DNA from: Candidatus Bathyarchaeota archaeon
GTDB lineage: Archaea > Thermoproteota > Bathyarchaeia > Bathyarchaeales > Bathycorpusculaceae
Length of the DNA stretch: 64,000 nucleotides
Assembly (NCBI GenBank): GCA_963717465.1
Contig: OY970340.1
Coordinates: 2,112,001-2,176,000 of the forward strand
Reading direction: 5' to 3'
The position numbers were made by a program, and so were the translations under genes. The notes below the pieces were generated by a model. That model was given only the letters and a program-made list of their open reading frames with translations. It did no database searches and had not been told where the DNA came from. Positions 31,298 to 41,995 of this stretch are shown here, piece by piece; the stretch's first letter is position 1; each line of letters begins with the position of its first letter.

Positions 31298-32095
31298 TCA
31301 TGATTTAATTTCAATTTTTCTGCTTGTTTCTTTTGTTAATCCGCTTTTCAAATCACGGTACTTCAATCCTTTCAAATGCTCCAATACAAAAGCTAAATAA
31401 TGATAATAAGGGAAATACTTAGTTAATAATTTGTTAAATGCTTGCTTGCGTGCGGCTTCACTGTTGACACTTTTGCCATGAAGACGATAAAGATGCAAGG
31501 GTTCTCCGACGCTCAAGCCGCAGAATCCAGCCTTCAAAGCGCGAAGACACCAATCATAATCTTCGCATCCGTCCAATGTTTCATCTAAGCCGCCAACTTC
31601 ATTAAAAACGTTTTTAGGAATTAAAGCTGCGCCTAGTTGACCGCCTACATAACGCCAGCCTAAAAGCCACGTTATCTTCGACATGCTAGGCAAATCTACA
31701 AGTGATTTGTCGCCGAAACCTTGAAAGCCTGTCCATACGAATCCGACTCTGCTATTATTCTTTTCACTTAAGTAACGATTCAGGCAAGCTTCAACATATC
31801 GCGGTTTAAGTTTGTCGTCCGCGCCTAAAAATATGAGAAATTTGCCATGTGCAAGCGTTGCGCCGAAGTTACTTGCATGTGCAGGAGTTCGCTTGCCCTC
31901 ATGTTTAATACGAACATAGGCAACGTCACTATAACGCTTTGCTACTCTTGCGATGTCCTCAGTGCTCTCATCATCCACGACTATCAATTCAACATTGTGA
32001 TAAGTCTGAACTTGCACACTGTCAATCGTTTCCATTAAATAATTAGCATAATTAAAAGTTGGAATAATAACAGAGATTAAAGGCTTATACTGCAT
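31298..32095 (-). CDS. GT2 glycosyltransferase
   Basis: ISVIIPTFN, VVDDESTE, FLGADD, CEDYD. Confidence 0.9.
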   Translation of the reverse strand: MQYKPLISVIIPTFNYANYLMETIDSVQVQTYHNVELIVVDDESTEDIARVAKRYSDVAYVRIKHEGKRTPAHASNFGATLAHGKFLIFLGADDKLKPRYVEACLNRYLSEKNNSRVGFVWTGFQGFGDKSLVDLPSMSKITWLLGWRYVGGQLGAALIPKNVFNEVGGLDETLDGCEDYDWCLRALKAGFCGLSVGEPLHLYRLHGKSVNSEAARKQAFNKLLTKYFPYYHYLAFVLEHLKGLKYRDLKSGLTKETSRKIEIKS

Positions 32096-32303
32096 TGTGT
32101 TCTTGGAATGGATGATGTAAATTTCCCCCTCAAGCGTTTAATCACTCATTAATCAGTAAATCTCGTTGCAAAACTCATTATAGAACGTTGCGATAAACGA
32201 CGAGATATTAAAAAAGTCGAAGAAAAACGGTTTTTCCGAACGACTTAATAATTATAATAGACTAATGAAGTTACAAAAAAATGAACATCCGCAGTGATAC
32301 CTT

Positions 32304-33238
32304 TTGCCACTAGTGAGCGTTCTAATGCCTTCATATAATCATGGAAAATACCTCTCAGAAACTATTGAGAGTATTCTCAACCAAACCTTTCAGGATCTTG
32401 AACTGATAATTATCGATGATTTCTCAAAAGATAATTCAAAAGCCATAATCGAAACATACCAGGAAAAAGATGGACGAATAAAGGCTTTTTTCCACGAAAA
32501 AAACATCGGCATAACACCAACAACAAATGAACTCATAGCAAAATCGTCAGGTAAATATATCGCCCGAATCGACTCAGACGACGTTTGGATGAAATCAAAA
32601 CTTGCAAAACAATTAGCCATACTTCAAAAGAATGAATCGCTCATCGTCTGGTCTGAAGGCGAAGTAATAGATGAGAAAAGCAAACCTACAGGGAAAACAT
32701 TCTCACAAAGACTAGCAGCTCTCACAAGAAGAAAAGCGGCAACATCTTTGCAGAATTGATACATGATAACTACATTTTGGGGTCAAGCCTAATTTACAAT
32801 CGATCAAGCGCTGAAGGCCTTCGCTATGACGAAAAATTGCGATACGTTAGCGACCACAAGTTTTTCGTAGACTTAGCCCGCCATCATGATTATTTTTACA
32901 TAAAAGAACCTTTAGCGCAATACCGGATTCACCCCAAAAACACTATATCTAGCGACCGCAAGGGCTTAGGTATTGACGTAACCGCCATTAACGAGTACTT
33001 CTTGAAAGCATATGGCAAAGAACTACCCAGAGCAATACAGGGCGCACTTTACTTCAACCTAGTTAAAGCTCACTTCGCTACCGGAGACAAGAAATCAGCC
33101 AAATACTTCTTAATAAAAGCAATAAAATGCAACTATATTCAATTTCAGATAAAATCCGCATTCGCTCATCCTAAGAACAGCCTAATAATCATCCAACAGC
33201 TCTGCCTCTTAATCAGGAATTCTCGACTTAAAATCTAA
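32304..33238 (+). CDS. GT2 glycosyltransferase (frameshift near 32720)
   Basis: VSVLMPSYN, IDDFSKD, IDSDD. Second ORF 32756..33238 supplies SDHKF and EPLAQYRIH. Confidence 0.85.
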
Positions 33239-33419
33239 TCAGTCACAAAAGGCTAACTGAAAACCACTTCAGATGCAACGGAAAAATCAACGTTTATAAC
33301 TTCAATTCAGTTGATAGCATGCGTCCATTCTTTCAAGATGTTTTTTTAAATTTTACTATTCACTTTTCAAGCAAGCTTTTAGAATTTCAATATGCGATTT
33401 GCATTTAACTTGCGAACTA

Positions 33420-34130
33420 TCATTCGAGTATCATCCTAGCATCCACAGTTTTGGCACCTTTCCGATAAGCTATTATTGGGTTCAAATCTAACTCCTTGAT
33501 TTCAGGGTGATCCATAACCAGTTTTGAAGTGCAGCATAGTATGTTTACTAGGGCATCTATGTCTGCTGGAGGATTGCCTCTATAACCTTTTAGCAGTGGG
33601 TATGCTTTGAGTTCAGTAATCATGTCTTTAGCATCCTGCAGCGTTAAGGGTGCAACTTTAAAATTCACGTCCTTTAGCACTTCAACAAATATTCCACCCA
33701 ATCCAAACATTAATGTCTGCCCAAACTGAGGATCTTTAATTGCGCCGACTATAACTTCTGTTGATTGAGGCGCCATCTCTTCAACCAAAATACCCACTAT
33801 TTTTGCTTTAGCATTATGGCTTTTTGCACTGTTAATGATTGTCAAATAAGCTTCTTTAACTTCAGAGGCGCTCTTAACGTTAAGCTTGACGCCTCCAACA
33901 TCAGATTTGTGAATAACATCAGGCGAAACAATCTTCAAAACCACAGGAAAACCAATCTTCTCCGCAAACCTCACCGCTTGCTTCTCATCAGTAGCCAAAC
34001 TAAATTTGGTAACCGGAATATCATATTCCAAGCATACCGTTTTTGCCTCCGGCTCCAACAAAGCTTTTCGACCCCTGCTTAATGCTTCATTAATAATCTT
34101 AGAAGTTTTATTCACGCCTAAAACCGCCAA
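33420..34130 (-). CDS. acdB: Acetate--CoA ligase (ADP-forming) beta subunit
   Basis: GFPVVLKIVSPDVIHKSDVGGV, DPQFG..LMFGLGG, ELDLNP, VDAR. Confidence 0.9.
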   Translation of the reverse strand: MAVLGVNKTSKIINEALSRGRKALLEPEAKTVCLEYDIPVTKFSLATDEKQAVRFAEKIGFPVVLKIVSPDVIHKSDVGGVKLNVKSASEVKEAYLTIINSAKSHNAKAKIVGILVEEMAPQSTEVIVGAIKDPQFGQTLMFGLGGIFVEVLKDVNFKVAPLTLQDAKDMITELKAYPLLKGYRGNPPADIDALVNILCCTSKLVMDHPEIKELDLNPIIAYRKGAKTVDARMILE

Positions 34131-34178
34131 CTAATTTCATGTAATAATTAGTTAAAATGGTTTATCAAAACTTCCCAA

Positions 34179-35405
34179 TTAAATCATAGCTAACAACGCA
34201 AATATCTTTGCATCCGCAATCATATTAGCCACTTTTGAATACTCATCAGACTGATGAGCCACTTCATCCATCGTACTCCACACTGCAGCAGGAATGCCAA
34301 TTTGCCTAAAGAACGCGGCACATGAACCTCCGCCAATTCCTCCTACATCAGCATCCAAGCCTCTTGCCTGCTTGATGGCTTTCATAAGTAAAGGCACAAT
34401 TTCCCCGTCTTTAATGGCTAAATTAGGGGAAGCCTGTTTCTGCAAAATCTCCATCTGAATATTGGCGCCTGTTTTAGCCTCAAACTCCAAAAGAACAAAT
34501 TTTATATCGCTAATAACCTGGTCAAGACTGTAACTTGGGTGAACTCGGCAATCAAAATAAAGAACATCCTCACCTGGAATAATATTTACACTATCAACAT
34601 TCTTTTCCTTCTTAGTAGGCTCAAAAGTGCTCTCAGGAACATCAAACTGGTCATCCTGCAAAAAATATTTTTCATGCAACATCCGATCTAAAGCCAATGC
34701 AACCTGCATTCCGATTCGATGAGCATTTAAACCTTTAGTCGGCAAACTTCCATGCGTCTGCTTTCCAATCGTGTGAATCTTAAACCACAAAATACTCTTT
34801 TCCGCGACCTCGATAAAACTTCCATTCTCATTACCTGAATCCGGAACCAAAATCAAATCATCTTTCTTGAAAAGTTCCATGGCAATCAAGTGCTGAATGC
34901 CAAAGGTGCTGCCTTGCTCTTCGTCGGCTACAAACGCCAACGCAACAGTACGCTTCGGTTTAATTCTTAACTGATTGAGGGCTTTTACCGCAAAAATAGA
35001 AGCGATAAGCGATTGCCCATTATCTTCACTTCCACGACCATAAATGCGCCCTTCTTTCAAGGTCGGCTCAAATGGCTTAGTAACCTTCCAAAGCGATTCG
35101 TCGCCGGATTGAACTGTATCCAAATGAGTTATAATCCAAAGCCGCGGATAGGCAGATTCCCCATAACAATATGCAATTAAATTTGGCCTCTTACCCGATG
35201 AAACCCTTGTGTCATCAGCATCTAACCGGTCTATTTTATCAAAACCTACACTACTAAGCATGAGCAATAATTTCTTGGCCCTTTCATCTTCACCATCACC
35301 GCCATTTTCAGGCGACAAAGCAGGAACTCTAATCAATTCCATCAAGGCTTCTTCCATTTCATGTTTAAGACAGTCAATTTGACCAAAAACATCTCGGCTA
35401 TTCAA
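34179..35405 (-). CDS. M20 family metallohydrolase (ArgE/DapE-like)
   Basis: HLDTV, GRGSEDNG, ADEE, AHQSDE. Start estimated from an AGGTG RBS. Confidence 0.88.
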   Translation of the reverse strand: MNSRDVFGQIDCLKHEMEEALMELIRVPALSPENGGDGEDERAKKLLLMLSSVGFDKIDRLDADDTRVSSGKRPNLIAYCYGESAYPRLWIITHLDTVQSGDESLWKVTKPFEPTLKEGRIYGRGSEDNGQSLIASIFAVKALNQLRIKPKRTVALAFVADEEQGSTFGIQHLIAMELFKKDDLILVPDSGNENGSFIEVAEKSILWFKIHTIGKQTHGSLPTKGLNAHRIGMQVALALDRMLHEKYFLQDDQFDVPESTFEPTKKEKNVDSVNIIPGEDVLYFDCRVHPSYSLDQVISDIKFVLLEFEAKTGANIQMEILQKQASPNLAIKDGEIVPLLMKAIKQARGLDADVGGIGGGSCAAFFRQIGIPAAVWSTMDEVAHQSDEYSKVANMIADAKIFALLAMI

Positions 35406-35571
35406 GACAACACCTAGCATTAATGTTGATACAGCAAGTGCTTTAATGCTTTTCACAAGCTGTAAGCAGCTGCAAGCACAGTTTAGTTCTTGTAGATCAC
35501 GCAATGCAATCACTTAACAACATCAGAATGAGTTGAAAGGTATGCATTCTATCGATAAATTGTCGCTTGAA

Positions 35572-36390
35572 CTATACATGATGCCCTATCACAATTAACC
35601 TCTTAGATTCAGGACCAAATGCTTCGTCTTCGTAGCCACCAAAAACCCTTTCAACGATAAAGTTTGCTTGCCCCAAAATAGCTTTCAACTGGCATAAATT
35701 GAACAAGCGTACTGTATGCCAGTAAACCCTGATTTTCCCATCGGACTTATCACGCACAACCCACAAATCATTAAGCCTCCTCTCATTCATCACAATAGTT
35801 CGCTTAGATAACAAAGTGAAACTCGAATATTCCTTATGCCTCAGTAGACTAAAAAGAAATCGGCTCATCAACCCATTTGGATACTGCACAAAAAACCAAA
35901 ACGGAAAATTCTCCAAACGATTAGTAATTCTGCGAATGGGTCTATGATGCTTTAAAACTAAGTTTTCAATGTTGAAAACATCCAGAACAAATGTTCCCTC
36001 TTTTTTCAGGATTCTTGACGCTTCTCTTAAGCTTTGAAGATCCTCTTGCTCAGAGGGCAAATACCCAAAACTTGTATCCATGCTCAATATACACGAAAAA
36101 ACACTCCTCTTAAAAGGTAAATATCGTATGTCTCCTCGCACGAGGTGACTTTGACCTGATTTTCGCGCTATCCTAAGCAGACTAGAAGAAACATCAACGC
36201 CAACAATGAAGTAGCCTTCTCTGCTTAATGGATTAGTGTGCCTTCCAGTTCCACACGCCAAGTCAAGAACTAAATCCTGCTTTTCCACGGTTCTCTTAAT
36301 AAAGTTCACTTGAACCTCTGAAAAATTCTTAGCTGCCATTTCTGCCCAATAAGCACCCATTTCATCAAAAACATTCGGCGTTTCCTTCAT
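35572..36390 (-). CDS. Class I SAM-dependent methyltransferase
   Basis: VLDLACGTGRH, GVDVS, GDIRYLP, TSFGY. Confidence 0.9.
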   Translation of the reverse strand: MKETPNVFDEMGAYWAEMAAKNFSEVQVNFIKRTVEKQDLVLDLACGTGRHTNPLSREGYFIVGVDVSSSLLRIARKSGQSHLVRGDIRYLPFKRSVFSCILSMDTSFGYLPSEQEDLQSLREASRILKKEGTFVLDVFNIENLVLKHHRPIRRITNRLENFPFWFFVQYPNGLMSRFLFSLLRHKEYSSFTLLSKRTIVMNERRLNDLWVVRDKSDGKIRVYWHTVRLFNLCQLKAILGQANFIVERVFGGYEDEAFGPESKRLIVIGHHV

Positions 36391-36515
36391 TGCTATGTAC
36401 TTCGCTTTTAGAGTCTAATTTGCTTGGCATATTTTCAGATTTACGCTATACTCTTAATGTTTCGAGCCGCTTAAATATCAATCATTCATACCTAATAATG
36501 ATTGGAGAGTTAAGC

Positions 36516-37205
36516 GTGACTGAAAAACGCAAATGGCAGCATATTTACATGCTCTTTAAGCTTGCTGAGATGGGAGCTTACAGGCGAATTGCCAAAATTT
36601 CAACCGAGTATTTGGCTGAAAAACTATCAATCTCCCAACAAACAGCTTCACGCAATTTGATAGAACTTGAACGCGAAGGATTGATAACCAGAGAAATAAC
36701 TCCTGAGGGAAGCCTGATAAAAGTTGACGATAAAGGCATCGTGGAACTTCAAAAGCTTTACAGTAGTCTTAAAGTTCTAATGGAAAAATCTTACCCGCCA
36801 TCAATAACTTTGGAAGGCATAGTATTTTCAGGGTTAGGCGAAGGGGCATATTACATTTCTAAAGAGCAATACAAGAAGCAATTTTTAGAAAAACTTGGTT
36901 TTGAACCGTACCCAGGCACTCTTAATCTAAAGCTCATAACGGATTATGATCTTAAAGCTCGCATGGAATTGGAAGCTTATCCAGCGATTGAAGCCCCCGG
37001 TTTTAAAAATGAAGATCGCACTTTCGGAGTCGTTAAATGTTACCCTGCAATTATCGAAAACAAAGTCAAAGGTGCCCTAATATCCGCACTACGGACGCAT
37101 TACGATTATTCTGTTTTGGAGATAATTGCGCCTGTTTGCTTAAGAAAATTGCTTACGCTTAAGGATGGAACTAAAGTTAAGGTAGAAATACTAACGCTTC
37201 CATAA
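36516..37205 (+). CDS. ribK: CTP-dependent riboflavin kinase with N-terminal HTH
   Basis: ISQQTASR HTH; SGLGEGAYY, PYPGTLN, RTHY, EIIAP. Confidence 0.92.
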   Translation: MTEKRKWQHIYMLFKLAEMGAYRRIAKISTEYLAEKLSISQQTASRNLIELEREGLITREITPEGSLIKVDDKGIVELQKLYSSLKVLMEKSYPPSITLEGIVFSGLGEGAYYISKEQYKKQFLEKLGFEPYPGTLNLKLITDYDLKARMELEAYPAIEAPGFKNEDRTFGVVKCYPAIIENKVKGALISALRTHYDYSVLEIIAPVCLRKLLTLKDGTKVKVEILTLP

Positions 37206-37817
37206 CTAAAAAGGAAAGCTAGAATAGCGTGGAGAATATGAATAATCCGGTTTGCGTCTAGATCCTATAACATATCCGATTAGTAAACCCATAGCAAGAC
37301 CGCCTAAATGTGCAAAGTAATTCACTTCTGGTCCGTAAGAAAGTAAAAATAGGAAAAAACCATAAACGAACGCGCCGATTATTGATTGTCCTATAGAGCG
37401 TCGGGAGAAGATTACCACGGCACCGAACAAGGCGAAAATAGCTCCTGATGCTCCAAGAGAGGGAACGAGCGGATTCAAAAACGCAAGAGTCAAGAGATTT
37501 CCTGCTAATCCGCCTACGAAGTAAATCAGTAGGTATTCTGGCAACGAGAACATTTCTTCTGCTCTTAATCCAAAGATGAACAGGAAAAGCATGTTGCCTG
37601 CAAGGTGTAATATTGAGGCATGAATAAATATTGAGGTTATTAGTTGCCAATAAAAACCATGGTAAACAAGCCAATTTACTTGGACAAGATAGAGTACTTG
37701 AGAGTTTATGTTGGTGTTTAGGAAGTCGCCTCCAATTAAAGATGTATAAACATATGCAATTATGTTTAAGGCAATTAGAATGTATGTTATTCTAAACTTT
37801 ACTGAATTCTTAGACAT
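37206..37817 (-). CDS. Rhomboid family intramembrane serine protease
   Basis: HLAGNM, GASGA, AHLGG. Confidence 0.92.
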   Translation of the reverse strand: MSKNSVKFRITYILIALNIIAYVYTSLIGGDFLNTNINSQVLYLVQVNWLVYHGFYWQLITSIFIHASILHLAGNMLFLFIFGLRAEEMFSLPEYLLIYFVGGLAGNLLTLAFLNPLVPSLGASGAIFALFGAVVIFSRRSIGQSIIGAFVYGFFLFLLSYGPEVNYFAHLGGLAMGLLIGYVIGSRRKPDYSYSPRYSSFPF

Positions 37818-37824
37818 TTTTAAT

Positions 37825-38286
37825 TCATCTATTGAATTTCTCGATGATCCTTTGTTTTATTTTAGAGGAACTGTCCAAGTCTTCGCCGAACTTGCCAACT
37901 CTTACAACTTTAACGTTTATTTTTTGTTTTCCTATGTAGTCTTCGACGTTCTTAGCCATATCCGACTGATCATATCCTAATGCAATTATGTCCGGTTTAA
38001 TTTTCTCGATAATTTCACCAATTTCCAGTTCCTCGTATCCAAGCACTGCCTTATCTACTACTTTCAATGATTCAACCAATGCACGGCGTTGATCTTCAGG
38101 CATTATGGGTTTTTTTCCTTTCATCCTTTCGACTGTGCTATCCCGTGCGATAACAACGATTAATTCTGCGTTTTTTCCTCCGGCTTTTTTAGCTTCTTCC
38201 AAGAATTTTACGTGACCCAAATGTAACAAATCGAAAACGCCTGATGCCAAAACTACTTTTCTGTTTTTCTTGGTATTGTTGGCCAT
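37825..38286 (-). CDS. ribL: Archaeal FAD synthase
   Basis: GVFDLLHLGH, VVIARD, ALGYDQ, SSSKI. Confidence 0.88.
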   Translation of the reverse strand: MANNTKKNRKVVLASGVFDLLHLGHVKFLEEAKKAGGKNAELIVVIARDSTVERMKGKKPIMPEDQRRALVESLKVVDKAVLGYEELEIGEIIEKIKPDIIALGYDQSDMAKNVEDYIGKQKINVKVVRVGKFGEDLDSSSKIKQRIIEKFNR

Positions 38287-38534
38287 TCGAATTTCACTGC
38301 TCCCAATAGTCTTAATGCGTCAAGTATTCCCTCACAATAAGCAATTGATGTTAGGCTGGTTTCAAGCTTGCCTTCAGCCTTATAATATTTTGCGTCCTTC
38401 AAGTAATCCATGGCATGGAGCAGAAGGTTATTCGCAGATTCATCGGTTATACTTGTTGGCGTGTTTTTCTGCATTTTTTGAAAAACTTTCTCTGCAGAAC
38501 TTATGTACCTGGATGTTAACTCTTCCAAGCTCAT
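38253..38534 (-). CDS. DUF357 family protein
   Basis: YLKDAKYY...SIAYCEGILDALRLLG, immediately downstream of dph5. Confidence 0.8.
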   Translation of the reverse strand: MSLEELTSRYISSAEKVFQKMQKNTPTSITDESANNLLLHAMDYLKDAKYYKAEGKLETSLTSIAYCEGILDALRLLGAVKFEWPTIPRKTEK

Positions 38535-39337
38535 TTCGCAAGCCTCCTAATTGAGGCTGGGGCTCCAGCAAGCGTTATTAGGGCTTCGATTTCCATAAAG
38601 TGCAAGCTTCCAGTAAAAACTAGACTGTACGGTGGCTCGCCAAAATCATGCTTGGCCAAGTTTAATATGTAATCTGCTTTAACAATTGGGCATTCGCTTC
38701 CGATTCGTGCAAAGCCGACAGCTACGGTTTTATCAGATATTACCTGCTCTTTCTTTGTTTCTTCAACTAATAGCAAAGATTTGACTGCTTCGCTTAGGCT
38801 TAAGAAGCGGTTTTCTTCTGTGTTCAAGTCAAGTAGGCAAAGTGTGTGAAGTCCTAGTTCTTTGTTTTGGGCAATAACATTATATGGTGTTTCATAAAAA
38901 TTCTCTTGAAAAGGGATAGTTACGGTTTTTCCAAACTTATAATTGTGCAGTCCGGAAGAGCTTATTACCGCCGATATTATTGATGCTCCATGGACAATGT
39001 GGGTTTTTATTCCTAGTTTTTCTGCTTCGATGCGTAACGTTACGTGTGTTGTGGCGATAAATGGATCTCCGGGAATAAGTAGAACGGTTTTTCCTTTTTG
39101 TGCTGCGTTGAGAATTTTTTTGCCGTTTTCTTCTTCCAGTTCTTTTCGGGAGACCGCGTGGATTTGTTTGTCGCATAGAACTTGAAGTTTTTCCAGTGAA
39201 AAGTTAGGCATTAAACTTGTGTAAAGCTCGATGAAGACTTCATCAGCGGCTTTGGCTTCTTGTAAGCCTTTTAGACTTATGCCTTTTTCATCGTTTAAGC
39301 CTAAGCCAACAAAGAATAGCTCCTTCAATGTTATCAC
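38531..39337 (-). CDS. dph5: Diphthine synthase
   Basis: FVGLGL, ELYTS, GDPFIATTH, YKFGKTVT, GLHTLCLLD. Confidence 0.95.
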   Translation of the reverse strand: MITLKELFFVGLGLNDEKGISLKGLQEAKAADEVFIELYTSLMPNFSLEKLQVLCDKQIHAVSRKELEEENGKKILNAAQKGKTVLLIPGDPFIATTHVTLRIEAEKLGIKTHIVHGASIISAVISSSGLHNYKFGKTVTIPFQENFYETPYNVIAQNKELGLHTLCLLDLNTEENRFLSLSEAVKSLLLVEETKKEQVISDKTVAVGFARIGSECPIVKADYILNLAKHDFGEPPYSLVFTGSLHFMEIEALITLAGAPASIRRLAK

Positions 39338-39531
39338 TTCTTGATTGTCAATGCATCTATTCTTAGACTGCTCGCTGTTTTAAATGGTTCTTTTTTCGAA
39401 AAGCATTTCAATTTCTCGTTGCTTAAATGGTTTATTCGAGAATTGGTCTTGCAACTTAGTTTTGGCGCTTGTAGAGTTTTGGATTTCTAGCCTAAAAATT
39501 ACTGGCAAAAAAAGTTAGACTGTGCCTGTTT

Positions 39532-39729
39532 TTAGCCCGTGCCTGTTGAATTTTCTTCGTTTGATGGATGATGGGTCATTGTCATGTGGGATTTCAGTTC
39601 AATTACGTCTCGAAACAGCCCGCCGCATTCTGGGCATCGTACCATCAGTTTTTCTAGTGTGATTAATTTTTTCTCTAGCGAAAGTATTTTTTCTAATTCA
39701 ATTTTTTGAGTTTTTTGATTTTGAGACAT
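39532..39729 (-). CDS. Small C2H2 zinc-finger protein
   Basis: CPECGGLF.....LKSHMTMTH; GGGAG RBS. Confidence 0.7.
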   Translation of the reverse strand: MSQNQKTQKIELEKILSLEKKLITLEKLMVRCPECGGLFRDVIELKSHMTMTHHPSNEENSTGTG

Positions 39730-39961
39730 TAGACTCCCCTTCGATGTAGCGGTTTAAACATTAAAAATGAATGAATAAATGTGTATGTGGTTGTGCAGTG
39801 CCTACTATTTGATTTAAGTGTCAGGATGAAGACTTCTTGGCGATGGGTTGTTTAATTTGAGTTTGTGTGCCTTTAGGGGCTGCTGTTAAGCTTTGTTTTG
39901 GGAATATTTTGTGTGTTGGAGCAAATTTTAAATATTTAGAAACGAAATAAACAGAAGCCGA

Positions 39962-40846
39962 GTGGATTCATTGCGACTTTTCAAGTTTTCAAGACCGACT
40001 CTTAGTAGAGGCAAAAAAGAGAAATTGCCGGATGCCAAGCTTCAATCTGATTCTAAAAAGCTTCAATCTGATTCTAAAAAGATTAATCAGTTCAAGAAGA
40101 AATCCAATATTAAAGCTTTAATGAAGATGTTTAACACGTCTCCGAGAGTTGAAACACGCGTTGAAGCGGTTAAGGCTTTAGCTGAAATTCGTAGCGTAAA
40201 GGCGCTTCTTGCCCTCCATGGGCTTTCTAACATGCCAATTTATCCTTATTTGCATGATGAAATCCAAGCTCAGCTATCACTGGCTATGGATTCTTACAAA
40301 CAATCACAACGCACGCCCATGATAGTAAAAGGAAAAGGTCGTTTGGGTGGTTTTGCTTTTTGGAGGAAAACAGTGTTAGGTCAAAATATAGTGCAGCCTG
40401 CGCCGCATCCTGTTGATTCTGAGTCGATACAAGCTGAGCCCGTTAAAGAGGAGAGTCGTTTAAGTCGTTTTGCGTTTTGGAAAAAAATAGGCTTAGGTCA
40501 CAAAATGTCAAAGCCTAGTGTTTCTGAATCTGTACAGGCTGAACCGGCTAGAGTGAAGGGTAGTTTGGGTCGTTTAGCTTTCTGGAAAGGATTAAGGTCG
40601 CGTCAAAAAGTGTCTCAGACTGTTGAATCCGCACCATCCCAAGGTAAGCTGGCTAGAGTGAAGGGTAGTTTGGGTCGTTTAGCTTTCTGGAAAGGATTAA
40701 GGTCGCGTCAAAAAGTGTCTCAGACTGTTGAATCCGCACCATCCCAAGGTAAGCTGGCTAGAGTGAAGGGTAGTTTGGGTCGTTTAGCTTTCTGGAAAAA
40801 GTTGCGGTCACGTAGTAAGAAGGCAAAGGCAGCAAAGAATACATAA
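39962..40846 (+). CDS. Basic protein with a HEAT-like helix pair and five 'RLAFWK'-type repeats
   Basis: TRVEAVKALAEIRSVKALLAL; FAFWRK, FAFWKK and LAFWK x3. Confidence 0.75.
   Translation: MDSLRLFKFSRPTLSRGKKEKLPDAKLQSDSKKLQSDSKKINQFKKKSNIKALMKMFNTSPRVETRVEAVKALAEIRSVKALLALHGLSNMPIYPYLHDEIQAQLSLAMDSYKQSQRTPMIVKGKGRLGGFAFWRKTVLGQNIVQPAPHPVDSESIQAEPVKEESRLSRFAFWKKIGLGHKMSKPSVSESVQAEPARVKGSLGRLAFWKGLRSRQKVSQTVESAPSQGKLARVKGSLGRLAFWKGLRSRQKVSQTVESAPSQGKLARVKGSLGRLAFWKKLRSRSKKAKAAKNT
40546..40798 (+). repeat. Perfect 105-bp tandem repeat, about 2.4 copies (35-aa unit)
   Basis: GGCTAGAGTGAAGGG starts at 40546, 40651 and 40756. Confidence 0.95.
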
Positions 40847-41121
40847 TTTACAGGTTGAGTGTTCAAGCCAGTACCTTTTGTATTGTTTGTGCTATTTGTT
40901 TGGGAAAACTTTTGTTTGCGAAAGCTTTTTATGCAAGTTGGCATTTTATTAGCCAAATAACAATCCGCTTGCTTGAATATTGTGAACTAAAGTAACATTT
41001 GATACTAGTTATTGCTTATTAATTGCTTTTTGATGTACCTATTTTTCTAGTATTGCGCCAACGGGAGCAAGAATTAAATGGGAGTGGCGCAGAATTAATT
41101 AAGAGAGAGGGTAAGGGAACA

Positions 41122-41514
41122 ATGTCTTATGGTACAAAAACAATAAAGGGCGCGGCAGAAAATCTAAATAGTTTTGCAAATGTACTGATGTCACAGTTAA
41201 CTGTTGTAGGTCTCAAGCCTAAGCATGAAATTACTAATTTAGGCAATTGCTTTAGGCTTGGTCGTGGGCTTGTGATGGTTGGGGTTACTGCTCGAATTTA
41301 CTATAAAGTGGTTGGAGATGATATTGTTGTTACGCCTGAGATTACGAGGTCATTTTGGTATAACTTCCTTCTTCCAATCCTGCTTTGTATATTATTCGTA
41401 GTTCCTGGAGTAATATACTATATTTGGACAAATAGGAATATGAGTAGAGCAATTGCAAGGGTATCTTTCGCTATTGAATCTTCGATGTCAATGTATAACG
41501 ATATCAACGGTTAA
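41122..41514 (+). CDS. Hypothetical membrane protein
   Basis: ATG after a purine-rich RBS; C-terminal hydrophobic FLLPILLCILFVVPGVIYYIW. Confidence 0.7.
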   Translation: MSYGTKTIKGAAENLNSFANVLMSQLTVVGLKPKHEITNLGNCFRLGRGLVMVGVTARIYYKVVGDDIVVTPEITRSFWYNFLLPILLCILFVVPGVIYYIWTNRNMSRAIARVSFAIESSMSMYNDING

Positions 41515-41548
41515 ATCTTCCTTTTAAGGGTGTATAAGTCTGGGAAAT

Positions 41549-41995
41549 TTGGAAGATGGTGTTAAAGAGGACTCTCTCTCTTTTCTTGTGCTGTCCCATC
41601 ACACCAGGGCTAATTTGAATAGAACCTGGAAACTGCGTGTTAGAGGAAAGGACTTGTACATTTGTTCCAGATGCACGGGGGTGGCAATTGGGTTTGTTGC
41701 CGCCTTGTTATTTAGACAAGCGGTATTATTATTTTCTCAAAATTCCATATTGCTTCTTGCACTTCCAGCTTTTGCAATGGCTGATTGGGTTCTGCAGACT
41801 TTAAAATTGCATGAAAGCAAAAATCCGGTGAGAATAGCGTCTGGGTTTTTTTTAGGATTATGCTGGGCAAGCATGTTTTATCTGCTCTTCTTTGACTGGA
41901 CCAATATCATGCTGTGGATTACGGCAGTTTTATATGTTGCAGTTTTTGTGGTAGTTTTACCATTTCGGATGAGACAGATGGGAGGAAAGTTTTGA
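41549..41995 (+). CDS. DUF2085-like membrane protein
   Basis: HH....RT, ICSRCTG, P...DW.LQ, ESKN.VR..SG..LG. Confidence 0.75.
   Translation: MEDGVKEDSLSFLVLSHHTRANLNRTWKLRVRGKDLYICSRCTGVAIGFVAALLFRQAVLLFSQNSILLLALPAFAMADWVLQTLKLHESKNPVRIASGFFLGLCWASMFYLLFFDWTNIMLWITAVLYVAVFVVVLPFRMRQMGGKF

Noticed and set aside
40546..40798. 105-bp repeats as a CRISPR array or replication origin
   Set aside because: Perfect tandem repeat without unique spacers, in frame inside a CDS.
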